Source: an uncultured Dehalococcoidaceae bacterium
GTDB taxonomy: Bacteria > Chloroflexota > Dehalococcoidia > Dehalococcoidales > RBG-16-60-22
Assembly (NCBI GenBank): GCA_964493435.1
Contig: CAZBMB010000001.1
Location: 223,486-287,485 of the forward strand
Reading direction: 5' to 3'
Length of the DNA: 64,000 nucleotides
The translations under genes and the position numbers were made by a program. Every line of letters starts with the position of its first letter. Position 1 is the first letter of the stretch. The notes beneath the pieces are model-generated. The model worked only from the letters and a program-made list of their open reading frames with translations. It was not told the DNA's origin and did not search any database. Of the stretch, positions 10,902-21,462 are shown one piece after another.

Positions 10902-11300
10902 TTACCAGACGTAACAAAGCAGTTCCCCCCCGATACTCTGGCGCCATGCCTGATGGCCGGTTTTGACTCCCTTGGAGGTGGAGACAATGGCAATGCCCAG
11001 CCCGCCAAAGACGCGGGGTATCTCTTTCCCCCCGACGTAGGCTCTCAACCCGGGTTTACTCACCCGTTTCATCCCGTTGATGGCCGGTTTATTATGGTCA
11101 TGATATTTCAACTGGATTTTAATCACCCGCTGCGGCTTGCCATGGACCACCTCGTAATCGGTGATGAAGCCCTCTTCTTTCAGAATACGGGCGATGGACA
11201 GCTTCAGCCGTGACGACGGCACCAGCACCTGCTCATGCTTGGCCATCAGGGCATTCCTTATTCTGGTTAGCATATCGGCAATTGGGTCAGATACGGCCAT
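10902..11300 (-). CDS. rpsH: 30S ribosomal protein S8
   Basis: 132 aa; [17 protein letters not shown]. Confidence 0.95.
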   Translation of the reverse strand: MAVSDPIADMLTRIRNALMAKHEQVLVPSSRLKLSIARILKEEGFITDYEVVHGKPQRVIKIQLKYHDHNKPAINGMKRVSKPGLRAYVGGKEIPRVFGGLGIAIVSTSKGVKTGHQAWRQSIGGELLCYVW

Positions 11301-11319
11301 ATTATCCCTCTCGGTTTTT

Positions 11320-11505
11320 CTACCAGCTTGATTTTCTTACTCCTGGAAGCTGACCGGCCAGCGCCAGGCGGCGAAAACAGATTCGGCACAGACCAAAATG
11401 GCGGATATAAGCACGCGGTCGTCCGCACAGTCGGCAGCGGTTATGCTGCTGCACTCTGAATTTGGCCGGTCTGCTCGCTTTAACAACCTTTGATTTCTTT
11501 GCCAT
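11320..11505 (-). CDS. rpsN: 30S ribosomal protein S14, short zinc-binding (type Z) form
   Basis: 61 aa; [22 protein letters not shown] has two CxxC pairs. Confidence 0.93.
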   Translation of the reverse strand: MAKKSKVVKASRPAKFRVQQHNRCRLCGRPRAYIRHFGLCRICFRRLALAGQLPGVRKSSW

Positions 11506-11507
11506 TC

Positions 11508-12059
11508 CTACTCCGTTCCATCCTTGGCAAAAGGCACGCCGAGTAGCTCCAGAAGGTGCCTGCCTTCTTCATCCGTCTTTGCGGTGGTGGCGATTGCTAT
11601 TTCCAGCCCGCGCAGTTTCTCAATCTTGTCATAGTCAATTTCGGGGAACGCAACCTGTTCCCTGAGGCCAAGGGTATAATTGCCCCGGCCATCAAAAGCG
11701 TCTGGCGAGACGCCGGAGAACTCACGCATCCGGGGCAGAACCGCGTTTATCAATCTGTCAAGGAAGTCATACATCCGTTCGCCGCGCAGGGTTACCTTCA
11801 TGCCGATGGGCATGCCGGTGCGCAGCCTGAAAGCGGCGATTGACTTCTTGGACCGGGTGATGACCGGGTGCTGTCCAGAAATGGCCGCCAGGTCAGCCTC
11901 GGCCGATTTCAGGGCTTTGGCGTTCTGAATTGCCTCACCAAGGCCGATATTGAGTACCACTTTGGTCAAACGCGGTACTTCCATGACATTTTTGTAGCCA
12001 TACCGCTCCATCAGGGCAGATACTACTTCTTTCCGGTATTTTTCCTTCAACCGTGACAT
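11508..12059 (-). CDS. rplE: 50S ribosomal protein L5
   Basis: 183 aa; [12 protein letters not shown]... [20 protein letters not shown]. Confidence 0.95.
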   Translation of the reverse strand: MSRLKEKYRKEVVSALMERYGYKNVMEVPRLTKVVLNIGLGEAIQNAKALKSAEADLAAISGQHPVITRSKKSIAAFRLRTGMPIGMKVTLRGERMYDFLDRLINAVLPRMREFSGVSPDAFDGRGNYTLGLREQVAFPEIDYDKIEKLRGLEIAIATTAKTDEEGRHLLELLGVPFAKDGTE

Positions 12060-12377
12060 CTAGTCAATAACCTCTTTGCACTTGCGGCAGGTTCTAACCT
12101 TTCTCCCGTCCTCAAGGAAGGTGAAACCCACACGTGTGGGTTGATTGCATTTACCGCACAGCAACCTGACATCTGAGATATCAATTGGCGCCTCCAGGTC
12201 AATAATGCCCGCCTGTCTGACCTGTGCCCGTGCCCGTGAGTGCTTTTTGATGAAGTTGATGCCTTCCACAATCACGCGATTTTTCTTGGGATAGGCGAAG
12301 CGAACCTTGCCCCTTTTCCCTTTATCCTTGCCGGCGACTATCAGCACCGTATCATTCTTCCTTATCTTCATTGCCAT
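12060..12377 (-). CDS. rplX: 50S ribosomal protein L24
   Basis: 105 aa; KOW motif IRKNDTVLIVAGKDKGKRGKV. Confidence 0.95.
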   Translation of the reverse strand: MAMKIRKNDTVLIVAGKDKGKRGKVRFAYPKKNRVIVEGINFIKKHSRARAQVRQAGIIDLEAPIDISDVRLLCGKCNQPTRVGFTFLEDGRKVRTCRKCKEVID

Positions 12378-12383
12378 TCACCT

Positions 12384-12752
12384 TCATAGCACTTCCGGCG
12401 CCAGAGAAATAATCTTGGTAAAGTCCTTGTCCCTCAGTTCCCGGGCCACCGGCCCGAATATCCGGGTTCCCCGCGGATTGTTTTTATCGGTCAGAATCAC
12501 CGCTGCGTTCTCATCAAACCTGATGTATGAGCCATCGGGGCGCCGGAAGGGCTGAGCGGTGCGTACTACAACTGCCCGTACCACATCACCTTTTTTCGTG
12601 GCGGCACCCGGAATGGCCCTTTTTACCGAGGCAACAATGACATCACCTACCCGGGCGTATCTTCTCCTCGTGCCACCGAGCACATTGATGCACATGATTT
12701 CCCGGGCTCCGGTATTATCTGCGGCTCTTAATCTGGTGTACTGCTGAATCAT
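12384..12752 (-). CDS. rplN: 50S ribosomal protein L14
   Basis: 122 aa; [22 protein letters not shown]. Confidence 0.95.
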   Translation of the reverse strand: MIQQYTRLRAADNTGAREIMCINVLGGTRRRYARVGDVIVASVKRAIPGAATKKGDVVRAVVVRTAQPFRRPDGSYIRFDENAAVILTDKNNPRGTRIFGPVARELRDKDFTKIISLAPEVL

Positions 12753-12771
12753 GGTCCTTAAATCCTGATGT

Positions 12772-13053
12772 TTAAGTTATCTCCTGAGGTTGAATCTCGG
12801 CGACTTCTCCTCTGGTGATTATCTCGACAACGCGCCAGCGCTTATGTCTGGAAAGCGGTCGGGTCTCCGCGATTTTAACCACGTCTCCTATCTGGCATTC
12901 ATTTTTTTCATCGTGAGCCTGGTACTTGATTGCCCAGGTGATGGCCTTTCGGTACTTCGGGAAGCGTTTCTGTGTTTCGACGGCCACCACCACCGTCTTA
13001 TCCATACGGTTTTTGATAACGCGGCCAACTCTGGTTTTGTGTTTCTCTTCCAT
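12772..13053 (-). CDS. rpsQ: 30S ribosomal protein S17
   Basis: 93 aa; [17 protein letters not shown] ... [27 protein letters not shown]. Confidence 0.95.
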   Translation of the reverse strand: MEEKHKTRVGRVIKNRMDKTVVVAVETQKRFPKYRKAITWAIKYQAHDEKNECQIGDVVKIAETRPLSRHKRWRVVEIITRGEVAEIQPQEIT

Positions 13054-13057
13054 AACG

Positions 13058-13258
13058 CTACCTTATCCCGAGCTCTCTTTCTCTCAGTATGGTTCTGATG
13101 CGGGCAATCCTTTTTCGCACCATGGGCAGCTCACGATGGTTAACCAGCTGCCTCGTGGCCAGCCGGAAGCGCAGGTTAAGCAGTTCCTGCTTAGACTCTT
13201 CCATCTGCTCTTTCAGGTCTTCCGTGCTCAAGGCTCTGAATTCATCAATCCTAACCAT
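13058..13258 (-). CDS. rpmC: 50S ribosomal protein L29
   Basis: 66 aa; [24 protein letters not shown]. Confidence 0.93.
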   Translation of the reverse strand: MVRIDEFRALSTEDLKEQMEESKQELLNLRFRLATRQLVNHRELPMVRKRIARIRTILRERELGIR

Positions 13259-13278
13259 TGGTCAGTTCCTTCACATCA

Positions 13279-13704
13279 TCACTGTTGGGCGGTACCCGTC
13301 TCCCGCTCCACGAATTTGGTGGCAAACGGGAGCTTGTGCGAAGCCAGACGTATCGCCTCTTTGGCGGTCTTCTCGCCAACGCCCGCCAGTTCAAACAGTA
13401 TTCTTCCTGATTTGACCACGGATACCCAGTGGTCTGGGTTGCCTTTGCCACTGCCCATACGGGTTTCTGCTGGCTTTTTGGTGACCGGCTTGTCCGGGAA
13501 AACGCGTATCCAGACTTTGCCACCGCGGCGAATGTATCGGGTGATGGCGCGCCTTGCGGCTTCAAGCTGTTCCGCTGTGACCCAGGCCGACTCCAGTGCC
13601 TGCAGGCCGTAATCGCCGAAAGTAGTCGTATTGCTTGACTGGGCACTACCCCGGCGGTGTCCCTTATGGGTTTTACGGTATTTAACCCGTTTCGGCTGTA
13701 GCAT
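13279..13704 (-). CDS. rplP: 50S ribosomal protein L16
   Basis: 141 aa; [15 protein letters not shown]. Confidence 0.95.
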   Translation of the reverse strand: MLQPKRVKYRKTHKGHRRGSAQSSNTTTFGDYGLQALESAWVTAEQLEAARRAITRYIRRGGKVWIRVFPDKPVTKKPAETRMGSGKGNPDHWVSVVKSGRILFELAGVGEKTAKEAIRLASHKLPFATKFVERETGTAQQ

Positions 13705-14839
13705 CTTTCTCCTCGTCTTCGGTTACATCAGCCGGTTCTGCCTCAGCGACGGTTTCGCTGGCGGTTTTCTTTTTCCGAGTTCGTTTGGTAATCGGCTCGG
13801 CCGGTTTTGTCTCAGCCTTTTCTTCGGCGACTGCCTCGGTGGTTTCGGTATCTGCCGCTGCGGTTGCCGCCGTCGGCTTGGCGGCCCGGGCTTTCCTTTT
13901 AGCGGCTGGCTTTTCTTCTACGGTGGCTTCAACTGGCTCCGCAGTCGGGGTTTCTGCCGGCTTCTCCTTTTTCACCGCGGCCACTTTACGCCTTTGGGAT
14001 GGTTTGGCTGGCGCTTCTTCCGGTTTTTCTTCATCCACGGCCTCGGTTACCGCTTCAGCTTCCGCTTCAATCGGGGCTTCCTCAGGGGCCGTTTCCTCAA
14101 CGGCTTCTTCTGTTATCTGAGCGGCCGGTTCAGCCGCCGATGGTGCCTCGTCGGTGGCTTCGGCGCTCACCGCCGTTTCCGCAGGTGCCCCTTCAATGGC
14201 TAGTTCCTTTGGCTCGGGAAGGATCTCACCTTTGAATATCCATACCTTAACGCCAATCCTGCCCAGCGTGGTGCGTGCTTCGATGAAGCCGTAATCTATA
14301 TCCGCCCGCAGTGTATGCAGGGGAACCTGGCCGTCATGCATCGTCTGGCGGCGGGCGATTTCCGCATCACCCAGCCGACCGGAGCAGCTGACTCTTATTC
14401 CCTTGGCGCCTGCCTGCATGGTGCGGAACATTGCCTGCTTCATTGCCCTGCGGTAGGCAATGCGGCGTTGAATTTGCTCGGCAATAGTACGGGCAACGAG
14501 CATGGCATCCAGCTCCGGCTGGCGGATTTCCTGTATATTAAGGCGAACTTTCTTCCCGACGAGGTTTTCCAGGTAGGCGCTCAGCTCATCAACACGCTGT
14601 CCACCTCGCCCGATTACTATGCCAGGGCGGGCGGTGTAGATGGTGACCGTTACCTCTTTTGCCTGACGGTCAATTTCTACCAGTGAGATAGAAGCGTCGG
14701 CATACTTGGACTGGATTGCCTGTCGCAGCTTCAGGTCTTCCTGCAGCGACTCGGCGTAATGCCTGTCGGCATACCATTTGGCCTGCCAGTCCTGTACCAC
14801 GCCAATTCTAAAGCCTATCGGGTGAACCTTGCGTCCCAA
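13682..14839 (-). CDS. rpsC: 30S ribosomal protein S3 with a ~175-aa low-complexity C-terminal extension
   Basis: 385 aa. Residues 1-210 are canonical S3 ([15 protein letters not shown] domain, [13 protein letters not shown]). Residues ~211-385 are Ala/Glu/Pro/Thr/Lys-rich. The 3' end overlaps the rplP start by 23 nt. Confidence 0.93.
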   Translation of the reverse strand: MGRKVHPIGFRIGVVQDWQAKWYADRHYAESLQEDLKLRQAIQSKYADASISLVEIDRQAKEVTVTIYTARPGIVIGRGGQRVDELSAYLENLVGKKVRLNIQEIRQPELDAMLVARTIAEQIQRRIAYRRAMKQAMFRTMQAGAKGIRVSCSGRLGDAEIARRQTMHDGQVPLHTLRADIDYGFIEARTTLGRIGVKVWIFKGEILPEPKELAIEGAPAETAVSAEATDEAPSAAEPAAQITEEAVEETAPEEAPIEAEAEAVTEAVDEEKPEEAPAKPSQRRKVAAVKKEKPAETPTAEPVEATVEEKPAAKRKARAAKPTAATAAADTETTEAVAEEKAETKPAEPITKRTRKKKTASETVAEAEPADVTEDEEKDATAETG

Positions 14840-15178
14840 TTATGCCTCCTCGTCGGCTACAATAACCGTTATGTGACTGGAATCTTTACGTATGGGGCTG
14901 ATTCGCCCGCGCGCCCGGGGATAGAACCGCCTCATCCTTGGTGCCTCATTGGCATAGATGCGGATGATTTTCAGGTCTGACGGTGTCATCTGGTAGTTAT
15001 TCTCCGCATTGGCGGCCGCGGACTTTACCGCCTTGGCCACCAGCCGGGCATTGGGTGACGGAGCGAATCTGAGCAGTGTTAGCGCTTCGTCCACTGTCTT
15101 GCCCCGCACCATATCAATCAGCGGGCGCACCTTGCGCGCCGGTATTCCCGTGTCTTTGGCAAAAGCTCGTACCTGCAT
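14840..15178 (-). CDS. rplV: 50S ribosomal protein L22
   Basis: 112 aa; ARKVRPLIDMVRGKTVDEALTLLRF. Confidence 0.95.
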   Translation of the reverse strand: MQVRAFAKDTGIPARKVRPLIDMVRGKTVDEALTLLRFAPSPNARLVAKAVKSAAANAENNYQMTPSDLKIIRIYANEAPRMRRFYPRARGRISPIRKDSSHITVIVADEEA

Positions 15179-15191
15179 ATTCTGCCTTACC

Positions 15192-15491
15192 TTAAACCGC
15201 CGGTTGTGTTTTCACCGGGCTCGTTCGTTCCGACCTGGAAACATGCCCGCGGAAAGTCCGGGTCAGGGCAAACTCGCCAAGCTTATGTCCGACCATATTT
15301 TCGGTGATGAAGATGGGCAAATGCCTTCGGCCATCGTGAACACCAATGGTCAGCCCCACCATCTGTGGCAGTATGGTAGAAGAGCGCGACCAGGTCTTGA
15401 TGACCGCTTTCTGGCCCGATTTTATGACGGCGTCCACTTTCTTCATCAGTTTGCCATCAATATATGGCCCTTTTTTAATCGACCGTGACAT
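15192..15491 (-). CDS. rpsS: 30S ribosomal protein S19
   Basis: 99 aa; [12 protein letters not shown] ... [16 protein letters not shown]. Confidence 0.95.
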   Translation of the reverse strand: MSRSIKKGPYIDGKLMKKVDAVIKSGQKAVIKTWSRSSTILPQMVGLTIGVHDGRRHLPIFITENMVGHKLGEFALTRTFRGHVSRSERTSPVKTQPAV

Positions 15492-15500
15492 TGGTTACCT

Positions 15501-16331
15501 CTACTTGCCTTTTCTACGTTTTACAATTAATTTATCAGACGCTTTTGGCTTGCGGGTGCGGTAGCCAAGCGCTGGTTTGCCCCAGGGTGTCTTCGGGCCG
15601 GGCAGTCCTACCGGGCTTCTGCCCTCGCCACCACCATGAGGGTGGTCTCGCGGCGTCATTGCCGAGCCTCTCACCGTGGGCCGCCAGCCCAGCAGACGCC
15701 TGCGCCCCGCCTTACCGAGTTCAATACTCTGGTGGTCAACGTGTCCCACCTGCCCGATAGTCGCCAGACAGTCGCCGCGGACGCGCCGCATTTCCCCGGA
15801 AGGCATGCGCAATAGGGCATAATCGCCTTCCTTGACCATCAGCTGCGCCGCTGTGCCGGCGCTGCGTACCATCTGTCCGCCTTTCCCTTTCTCCATCTCA
15901 ATATTGTGGATCAGGGTGCCACTCGGGATGGATTTCAGTGGCAGCGTATTGCCCGGTCTGACTTCGGCATCCGTGCCTGACATGAGCGTATCACCGATGT
16001 TCAGCCCGACCGGGGCCAGAATGTAGCGTTTATCTCCATCTGCGTAGTAAACAAGCGCAATTCGGGCGGAGCGGTTCGGGTCATACTCAATCGCCGTCAC
16101 TCTGCCCGGCACGCCAGTCTTATCCCGCTTGAAGTCGATTACGCGCAGCTTCCGCTTGGCACCACCACCCCGGTGGCGCACGGTTATTTTGCCCCGATTG
16201 TTACGCCCCCCTTGCTTCTTCAGCGGCGCGGTAAGCGATTTTTCTGGCCTGTCCTTGGTAATCTCTTCAAATGTGGCGCCACTCATCCCCCGCCTGCCCG
16301 GCGAGGTCGGACGAAATACTTTAATAGCCAC
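15501..16331 (-). CDS. rplB: 50S ribosomal protein L2
   Basis: 276 aa; [16 protein letters not shown] ... [18 protein letters not shown]. Confidence 0.95.
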   Translation of the reverse strand: MAIKVFRPTSPGRRGMSGATFEEITKDRPEKSLTAPLKKQGGRNNRGKITVRHRGGGAKRKLRVIDFKRDKTGVPGRVTAIEYDPNRSARIALVYYADGDKRYILAPVGLNIGDTLMSGTDAEVRPGNTLPLKSIPSGTLIHNIEMEKGKGGQMVRSAGTAAQLMVKEGDYALLRMPSGEMRRVRGDCLATIGQVGHVDHQSIELGKAGRRRLLGWRPTVRGSAMTPRDHPHGGGEGRSPVGLPGPKTPWGKPALGYRTRKPKASDKLIVKRRKGK

Positions 16332-16351
16332 TCAATATCCCTCTCTCTGTT

Positions 16352-16636
16352 CTAAACACCTTCAAAGAATTCTATTTTATCGCCATCTCTAAGGGTGACG
16401 ACTGCTTTTTTCCAGGGTGGGGTGTTATATATGCGTTTGCCTACTCTCTTTGTTTTCCCGGCAACCTTGATAACATTCACACCGGTTACCTTCACCCGAA
16501 ACGCTTTCTCCACGGCCTGCTTTATCTGGGGCTTGGTCGACCCTTCGGCCACTTCAAAGGCATATTTATTCTGCACCTGCAGTACGGAATTCTTCTCCGT
16601 TATCAGCGGACGCTGTAAAACATCAAACAGATGCAT
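16352..16636 (-). CDS. rplW: 50S ribosomal protein L23
   Basis: The ORF runs to 16681 inside rplD. ATG at 16634-16636 gives MHLFDVLQRPLITEK, a typical L23 start. Confidence 0.9.
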   Translation of the reverse strand: MHLFDVLQRPLITEKNSVLQVQNKYAFEVAEGSTKPQIKQAVEKAFRVKVTGVNVIKVAGKTKRVGKRIYNTPPWKKAVVTLRDGDKIEFFEGV

Positions 16637-17276
16637 CTGTGACCTCTGCCACTGCTTTTTCTCCCCATAGCTCTTCCACACGGCGTATTGCGGATACCGT
16701 CATCAATATCATCTTGTGGGAGAGGATGTCAAGCACGTTGAGCAGATTTGCTGGCATTGTCTTGATTCCCTTGATATTGCGGGCGGCTTTTATAACGTGT
16801 TCTTCAGGACCAGCCGTTACCACCAGCGCTGAGGAATCAGCGCCGAGGGCACTCAGAATCTGTGCCATGAATTTCGTCTTTGGTTCCAGCTTCAGTTCTT
16901 GCACCACCTTTAGCTCATTGTCCTTCACCTTGGATGAGAGCACGCACTTGAGGGCCACATGGCGCATCTTCTTTGGCGTGTTCTGGTGATAGTCTCTCGG
17001 TTTAGGGCCGAAAATAATGCCTCCCCCACGCCGCGTAGACGCCCGGCGGTTGCCGGCCCGTGCCTGTCCAGTTCCCTTCTGACGAAATATTTTCCGGCTG
17101 CTGCCCTGGACTTCGCTTCTGGTCTTGGTTGAAGCGGTTCCCTGGCGGGCGTTTGCCAGTTGCCCGACCATGACCTGGTGCACCACGCCTTCATTAAAAG
17201 GCACGGCAAAGACCTGGTCACTGATTTCAATTTTTTCCACTTCTTCGCCAGTGAGGCTGTAGACCGGGACCTGCAC
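16623..17276 (-). CDS. rplD: 50S ribosomal protein L4
   Basis: 217 aa; RQGTASTKTRSEVQGSSRKIFRQKGTGQARAG. Confidence 0.95.
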   Translation of the reverse strand: MQVPVYSLTGEEVEKIEISDQVFAVPFNEGVVHQVMVGQLANARQGTASTKTRSEVQGSSRKIFRQKGTGQARAGNRRASTRRGGGIIFGPKPRDYHQNTPKKMRHVALKCVLSSKVKDNELKVVQELKLEPKTKFMAQILSALGADSSALVVTAGPEEHVIKAARNIKGIKTMPANLLNVLDILSHKMILMTVSAIRRVEELWGEKAVAEVTDASV

Positions 17277-17280
17277 TTCC

Positions 17281-17904
17281 TTACCTCCCCTTCCTTGCCT
17301 TCTTGATCAGCAGCAGGCCATTTCTGGCGCCCGGTACGGCCCCCTCGACCAGCAGGATATTGCGTTCCGGGTCGGCCTGAAATACCTCTAGGTTGTGCAC
17401 CGTGGCGCGCTGGTTTCCCATCTGACCGGCCATGCGCATCCCTTTATAGACACGTCCTGGCGTGGCGCTGGCGCCGATGGACCCTGGAGAACGGTGTCGG
17501 TCAGACTGCCCATGGGTCTTGGGTCCGCCGGCAAAGCCATGCCTTTTCACCACGCCGGCAAAGCCTTTACCCTTGGAGATGCCGGTGATATCAACCAGGT
17601 CACCGGATTTAAAAAGGCTGACGTCTATCTTCTGGCCTTCTTCAATGTCTTTGATATCATCCAGCCTCAATTCACGAAGATGTTTAAAATGGCCCGGTTT
17701 TTTAAGATGTCCGCGCTGTGACGAGGTGAGCCGTTTGGCTTCACCAAAGCCGAGCTGGACGGCATTATAACCATCTTTTTCCGTCGTTTTTATCCCTGTA
17801 ACGGTGCACGGCCCGGCCTCAATGGCGGTTACGGCCGCCAGCGTGCCATTGTCGCGGAACATCTGCGCCATGCCTAATTTCTTACCTATAATTCCCTGCG
17901 TCAT
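17281..17904 (-). CDS. rplC: 50S ribosomal protein L3
   Basis: 207 aa; GIIGKKLGMAQMF ... FAGVVKRHGFAGGPKTHGQS. Confidence 0.95.
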   Translation of the reverse strand: MTQGIIGKKLGMAQMFRDNGTLAAVTAIEAGPCTVTGIKTTEKDGYNAVQLGFGEAKRLTSSQRGHLKKPGHFKHLRELRLDDIKDIEEGQKIDVSLFKSGDLVDITGISKGKGFAGVVKRHGFAGGPKTHGQSDRHRSPGSIGASATPGRVYKGMRMAGQMGNQRATVHNLEVFQADPERNILLVEGAVPGARNGLLLIKKARKGR

Positions 17905-17919
17905 CTTTGTAGTGCTCTT

Positions 17920-18228
17920 CTATAACTTAATATCTATCTCCACTCCCGAAGGAAGGTTCAGTTTGGTCAGAGCATCAATTGTCTTCGAGGTGGTCTCCAC
18001 AATGTCAATGATGCGCTTGTGCGTCCGTATCTCAAACTGCTCCTGTGAGTCCTTATCAATGAACGTGGAGCGTATCACGCTGTATTTCTTGATATGGGTG
18101 GGTAGTGGTACCGGCCCGACCACTACCGCGCCGGTGCGCTCTACGGCATCGACAATCTGGGCCGCCGACTGGTCGACAAGCCGGTGGTCAAATCCCTTCA
18201 GTTTGATGCGAATTTTCTGTTTAGGCAT
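17920..18228 (-). CDS. rpsJ: 30S ribosomal protein S10
   Basis: 102 aa; [18 protein letters not shown] ... [14 protein letters not shown]. Confidence 0.95.
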   Translation of the reverse strand: MPKQKIRIKLKGFDHRLVDQSAAQIVDAVERTGAVVVGPVPLPTHIKKYSVIRSTFIDKDSQEQFEIRTHKRIIDIVETTSKTIDALTKLNLPSGVEIDIKL

Positions 18229-20344
18229 GTCCTCTCCCCACTGCCTGTGCCGTTATTTCTTCAGCTAAATCTGCGGGAAGTTCTTGATATTTACAATATT
18301 CAAGCGAGTGTGTGGCTCTGCCCTGAGTGAGTGACCTCAACCTGGTGGCGTAGCCGAAGGTCTCGGCCAGGGGAATCAGGCACTGGATAACATACATATC
18401 ACCCTGTGAGTCAATATGCTCGATGTGGCCTCGCTTGGCATTGAGGTCGCCGATGATATCTCCCAGGAATTGCTCTGGCGCGACCACTTCCAGCTTCATA
18501 ATCGGCTCAAGGATAACGGGTTTGGCTTTCCTGACTCCGTTTCTGAGTGCCAGAGAGCCGGCCATTTTGAAAGCAAGCTCCGAGGAGTCAACATCATGGT
18601 AACTGCCGTCATAGATGGTGGCCTTGATATCGACCACGGGATAACCGGCTAAAACTCCGGTCTCCATGGCCTCCTTTACACCTGTCTCAACGGCAGGGAT
18701 ATACTGCTTGGGAATCACGCCGCCCTTGAGGGCGTCAACGAATTGAAAACCGCCGCCCCGACCCAGTGGCTCGATTTCCAGCTGGACATGCCCGTACTGG
18801 CCGTGCCCTCCGGTCTGTCGCACAAACCTGCCCTCTGCCTGGACCGGTGTGGTAACGGTCTCCTTGTAGGCGACCCGTGGCTTGCTCACCTTGGCGCCGA
18901 CGCCGAACTCGCTTATCATCCGGTTGATGATGACCTCAAGGTGAAGTTCCCCCATGCCGGAGATAATGGTCTGCCCGGTTTCCTCATTGTAATGGACTTT
19001 GAAGGTGGGGTCTTCTTCGGTCAGTTTCTGCAGCGCGCCGGTCATTTTATCCTGGTCAGCCCTGGTCTTGGGCTCAATGGAGATGGAGACAACCGGCTCA
19101 GGGAATCGGATTGATTCCAGCAGCACCGGCTGCCCAATGTCGCAGAGGGTATCACCGGTGAAGGTGTTCTTAAGTCCCAGTGTGGCCACGATACTCCCGG
19201 TATCAGCTTCAGCTACCTCCTCGCGGCGGTTGGCATGCATCAGGAGCAATCGCCCGATGCGTTCCCGCTTGCCCGTCGTCGAGTTCAGCACCATACTGCC
19301 GGCTTTCATGATGCCGGAGTAGACCCTGAGGTAGACAAGCCTGCCCACAAATGGGTCAGTAACAACTTTAAAAGCCAGGGCGGAAAACGGGGCTTCGTCA
19401 TTCACCGGGCGGGTGACTTCGTCTCCAGAGCCGGCGTCAATCGCCAGCACCGGTGGCACGTCAAGAGGGGAGGGGAGGTAGCTGATAATGGCATCAAGGA
19501 GTGCCTGTACGCCTTTGTTCCGCAGGGCACTGCCGCAGAGAATAGGCACGCCCTTGTTCTCCAGCGTTACCTTGCGCAGTGCCTGTTTTATCATCGCCGG
19601 GCTGACCTCATGGCCCTCCAGATACGCTTCCAGAATATTGTCGTCGTTCTCGGCTAATTTTTCCACCAGGGCATGCCGATATTCATCACAGCGCTTGCGC
19701 TCAGAATCAGGGATTTTTATTTCTGCTGGCTCCGAGTCAGGGTCGCTGTCAAAATGCCAGGCTTTATTCTCGACGAGGTCAATAACTCCTTCAAATGATT
19801 CACCGCTGCCCAGGGGGAGCTGGATAGGCAGCGGTCTCGCTTTCAAACGTTTTTCAATCATGGAGATAGTTCGCTTGAAATTGGCGCCGACGCGGTCCAT
19901 CTTGTTGATAAAGCAGATTCTGGGCACGCGGTAGCGGTCAGCCTGCCGCCAGACCGTCTCCGACTGCGCCTCAACCCCGGCCACCCCATCGAAGACCACC
20001 ACGCCCCCGTCCAGGACTCTGAGGCTGCGTTCCACTTCGGCGGTGAAGTCCACGTGACCCGGCGTATCTATAATGTTGATACGGTGGTCATCCCAGTAGC
20101 AGGTGGTCGCTGCGGCAGTTATGGTAATGCCCCGCTCGCGCTCCTGCTCCATCCAGTCCATCACCGCGGTACCGGTGTCCACGTCGCCAATTTTGTAGGT
20201 GCGACCGGTATAGTACAGTATCCGCTCGGTGACGGTGGTCTTGCCAGCGTCAATATGAGCAATGATCCCTATATTTCTGATTTTTTCTAGAGGAAAAGTT
20301 CTGGGCATTGCTTTCGCCTTTGCTAGAATTGGGTTTGTCGTCAT
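18221..20344 (-). CDS. fusA: elongation factor G
   Basis: 707 aa; G1 motif [22 protein letters not shown]. An alternative start at 20308 ([14 protein letters not shown]) is possible. The 3' end overlaps the rpsJ start by 8 nt. Confidence 0.93.
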   Translation of the reverse strand: MTTNPILAKAKAMPRTFPLEKIRNIGIIAHIDAGKTTVTERILYYTGRTYKIGDVDTGTAVMDWMEQERERGITITAAATTCYWDDHRINIIDTPGHVDFTAEVERSLRVLDGGVVVFDGVAGVEAQSETVWRQADRYRVPRICFINKMDRVGANFKRTISMIEKRLKARPLPIQLPLGSGESFEGVIDLVENKAWHFDSDPDSEPAEIKIPDSERKRCDEYRHALVEKLAENDDNILEAYLEGHEVSPAMIKQALRKVTLENKGVPILCGSALRNKGVQALLDAIISYLPSPLDVPPVLAIDAGSGDEVTRPVNDEAPFSALAFKVVTDPFVGRLVYLRVYSGIMKAGSMVLNSTTGKRERIGRLLLMHANRREEVAEADTGSIVATLGLKNTFTGDTLCDIGQPVLLESIRFPEPVVSISIEPKTRADQDKMTGALQKLTEEDPTFKVHYNEETGQTIISGMGELHLEVIINRMISEFGVGAKVSKPRVAYKETVTTPVQAEGRFVRQTGGHGQYGHVQLEIEPLGRGGGFQFVDALKGGVIPKQYIPAVETGVKEAMETGVLAGYPVVDIKATIYDGSYHDVDSSELAFKMAGSLALRNGVRKAKPVILEPIMKLEVVAPEQFLGDIIGDLNAKRGHIEHIDSQGDMYVIQCLIPLAETFGYATRLRSLTQGRATHSLEYCKYQELPADLAEEITAQAVGRGHA

Positions 20345-20372
20345 AATCTTCGTGCTAATTATTGTTCACCTT

Positions 20373-20843
20373 TTACCATCGATAATGGGCGAAGGCGCGG
20401 TTCGCCTCAGCCATCTTGTGCGTATCTTCGCGCTTCTTAATGGTGGCACCTTCGCCGCGCAGCGCTTCAGCCAGCTCATCAGCCAGTCTTTCCGTCATTG
20501 ACTTACCTTTTCTGGCTCTGGCTGATTTCAGCAGCCAGGTCAGGGCCAGAAAGAGACCGCGGTCCGGGCGCACTTCAACCGGCACCTGGTAGGTGGCGCC
20601 GCCAACGCGGCGCGGTTTGACCTCAAGCAGTGGTGTCGCATTTTTAACCGCCTGTTCCAGCGCTGTCACCGGGTCTTTGCTTGACCGCTCCTCCAGGACA
20701 TCGAGGGCTTCGTAAACAATCCTTTCGGCGGTTCTCTTCTTCCCGCACTTCATCACCTTGTTTATCAGTCTGGACACGGTGGCGTTGTGAAATTTCGGGT
20801 CCGGTGATATATCTCTTGTTTCTGGTCGGGCACGTCTTGGCAT
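20373..20843 (-). CDS. rpsG: 30S ribosomal protein S7
   Basis: 156 aa; DPKFHNATVSRLINKVMKCGKK ... ANRAFAHYRW. Confidence 0.95.
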   Translation of the reverse strand: MPRRARPETRDISPDPKFHNATVSRLINKVMKCGKKRTAERIVYEALDVLEERSSKDPVTALEQAVKNATPLLEVKPRRVGGATYQVPVEVRPDRGLFLALTWLLKSARARKGKSMTERLADELAEALRGEGATIKKREDTHKMAEANRAFAHYRW

Positions 20844-20858
20844 TCTGGGCTCCTGTAT

Positions 20859-21290
20859 TTACTCTACTTCGGCTCTTTCTTTGGCCATTTTCTGGCCATA
20901 TTTGCTTCGGCCCTGGCGGCGATTGTCGACACCACTGGTGTCCAGGGCACCGCGGACAATATGATAGCGGACGCCGGGTAAATCCTTGACGCGTCCGCCA
21001 CGAATCAACACTACGGAATGTTCCTGTAGTTCGTGGCCTTCCCCGGGGATATAGGCAGTTACCTCCATCTGGTTGGTCAGCCTGACCCTGGCTATCTTGC
21101 GCAGCGCCGAATTGGGCTTCTTGGGTGTCATGGTCCTCACCTGGGTACAGACGCCCCGTTTCTGCGGCGAGCCCTTGCCCTCAATCATCCGGTTTTTCAG
21201 CGCGTTGAAAGTAAAGCGCAGTGCCGGCGATTTGGTCTTTTTGGTGACCTGCCTTCGCCCTTTATGTATTAGCTGGTTTATGGTTGGCAA
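20859..21290 (-). CDS. rpsL: 30S ribosomal protein S12 (TTG start; ~14-aa internal insertion)
   Basis: 143 aa; (M)[35 protein letters not shown]. The start codon read on the minus strand is TTG (21288-21290), preceded by AGGAGGAG. Confidence 0.93.
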   Translation of the reverse strand: MPTINQLIHKGRRQVTKKTKSPALRFTFNALKNRMIEGKGSPQKRGVCTQVRTMTPKKPNSALRKIARVRLTNQMEVTAYIPGEGHELQEHSVVLIRGGRVKDLPGVRYHIVRGALDTSGVDNRRQGRSKYGQKMAKERAEVE

Positions 21291-21414
21291 ACTCTCTCCT
21301 CCTGCCCTACAATTTTAATGGATGAGCCTTGGCTCATCCACAAATTTTAACGACGGATTGAACCCCGTGGCCCAATCCGTCGGCTGTTGCTGAGGGCCAA
21401 ATATCCAAGAGGAA

Positions 21415-21444
21415 AGTTTACCACAAGTTCAGATTGATTGTCAA
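21415..21444 (-). promoter_or_regulatory. Putative sigma70-type promoter of the rpsL super-operon
   Basis: The minus strand reads TTGACA (21439-21444), an 18-nt spacer, then TAAACT (21415-21420), about 125 nt upstream of the rpsL start. Confidence 0.5.
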
Positions 21445-21462
21445 CATCTGTGGCAGGCTTGG

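Noticed and set aside
13631-14203. 190-aa ORF on the + strand antisense to the rpsC tail (also 13785-14120 and 13999-14235)
   Set aside because: It is the mirror-frame product of a GC-rich, low-complexity coding region. The translation is Gly/Phe/Arg/Cys-rich nonsense with no start context. The S3 reading frame on the other strand is continuous with a canonical S3 body.
18221-18228. No tuf gene between fusA and rpsJ; fusA overlaps rpsJ by 8 nt
   Set aside because: The observation is real, but tuf is located elsewhere in a number of lineages. Without the rest of the genome this is an arrangement variant, not a novelty.
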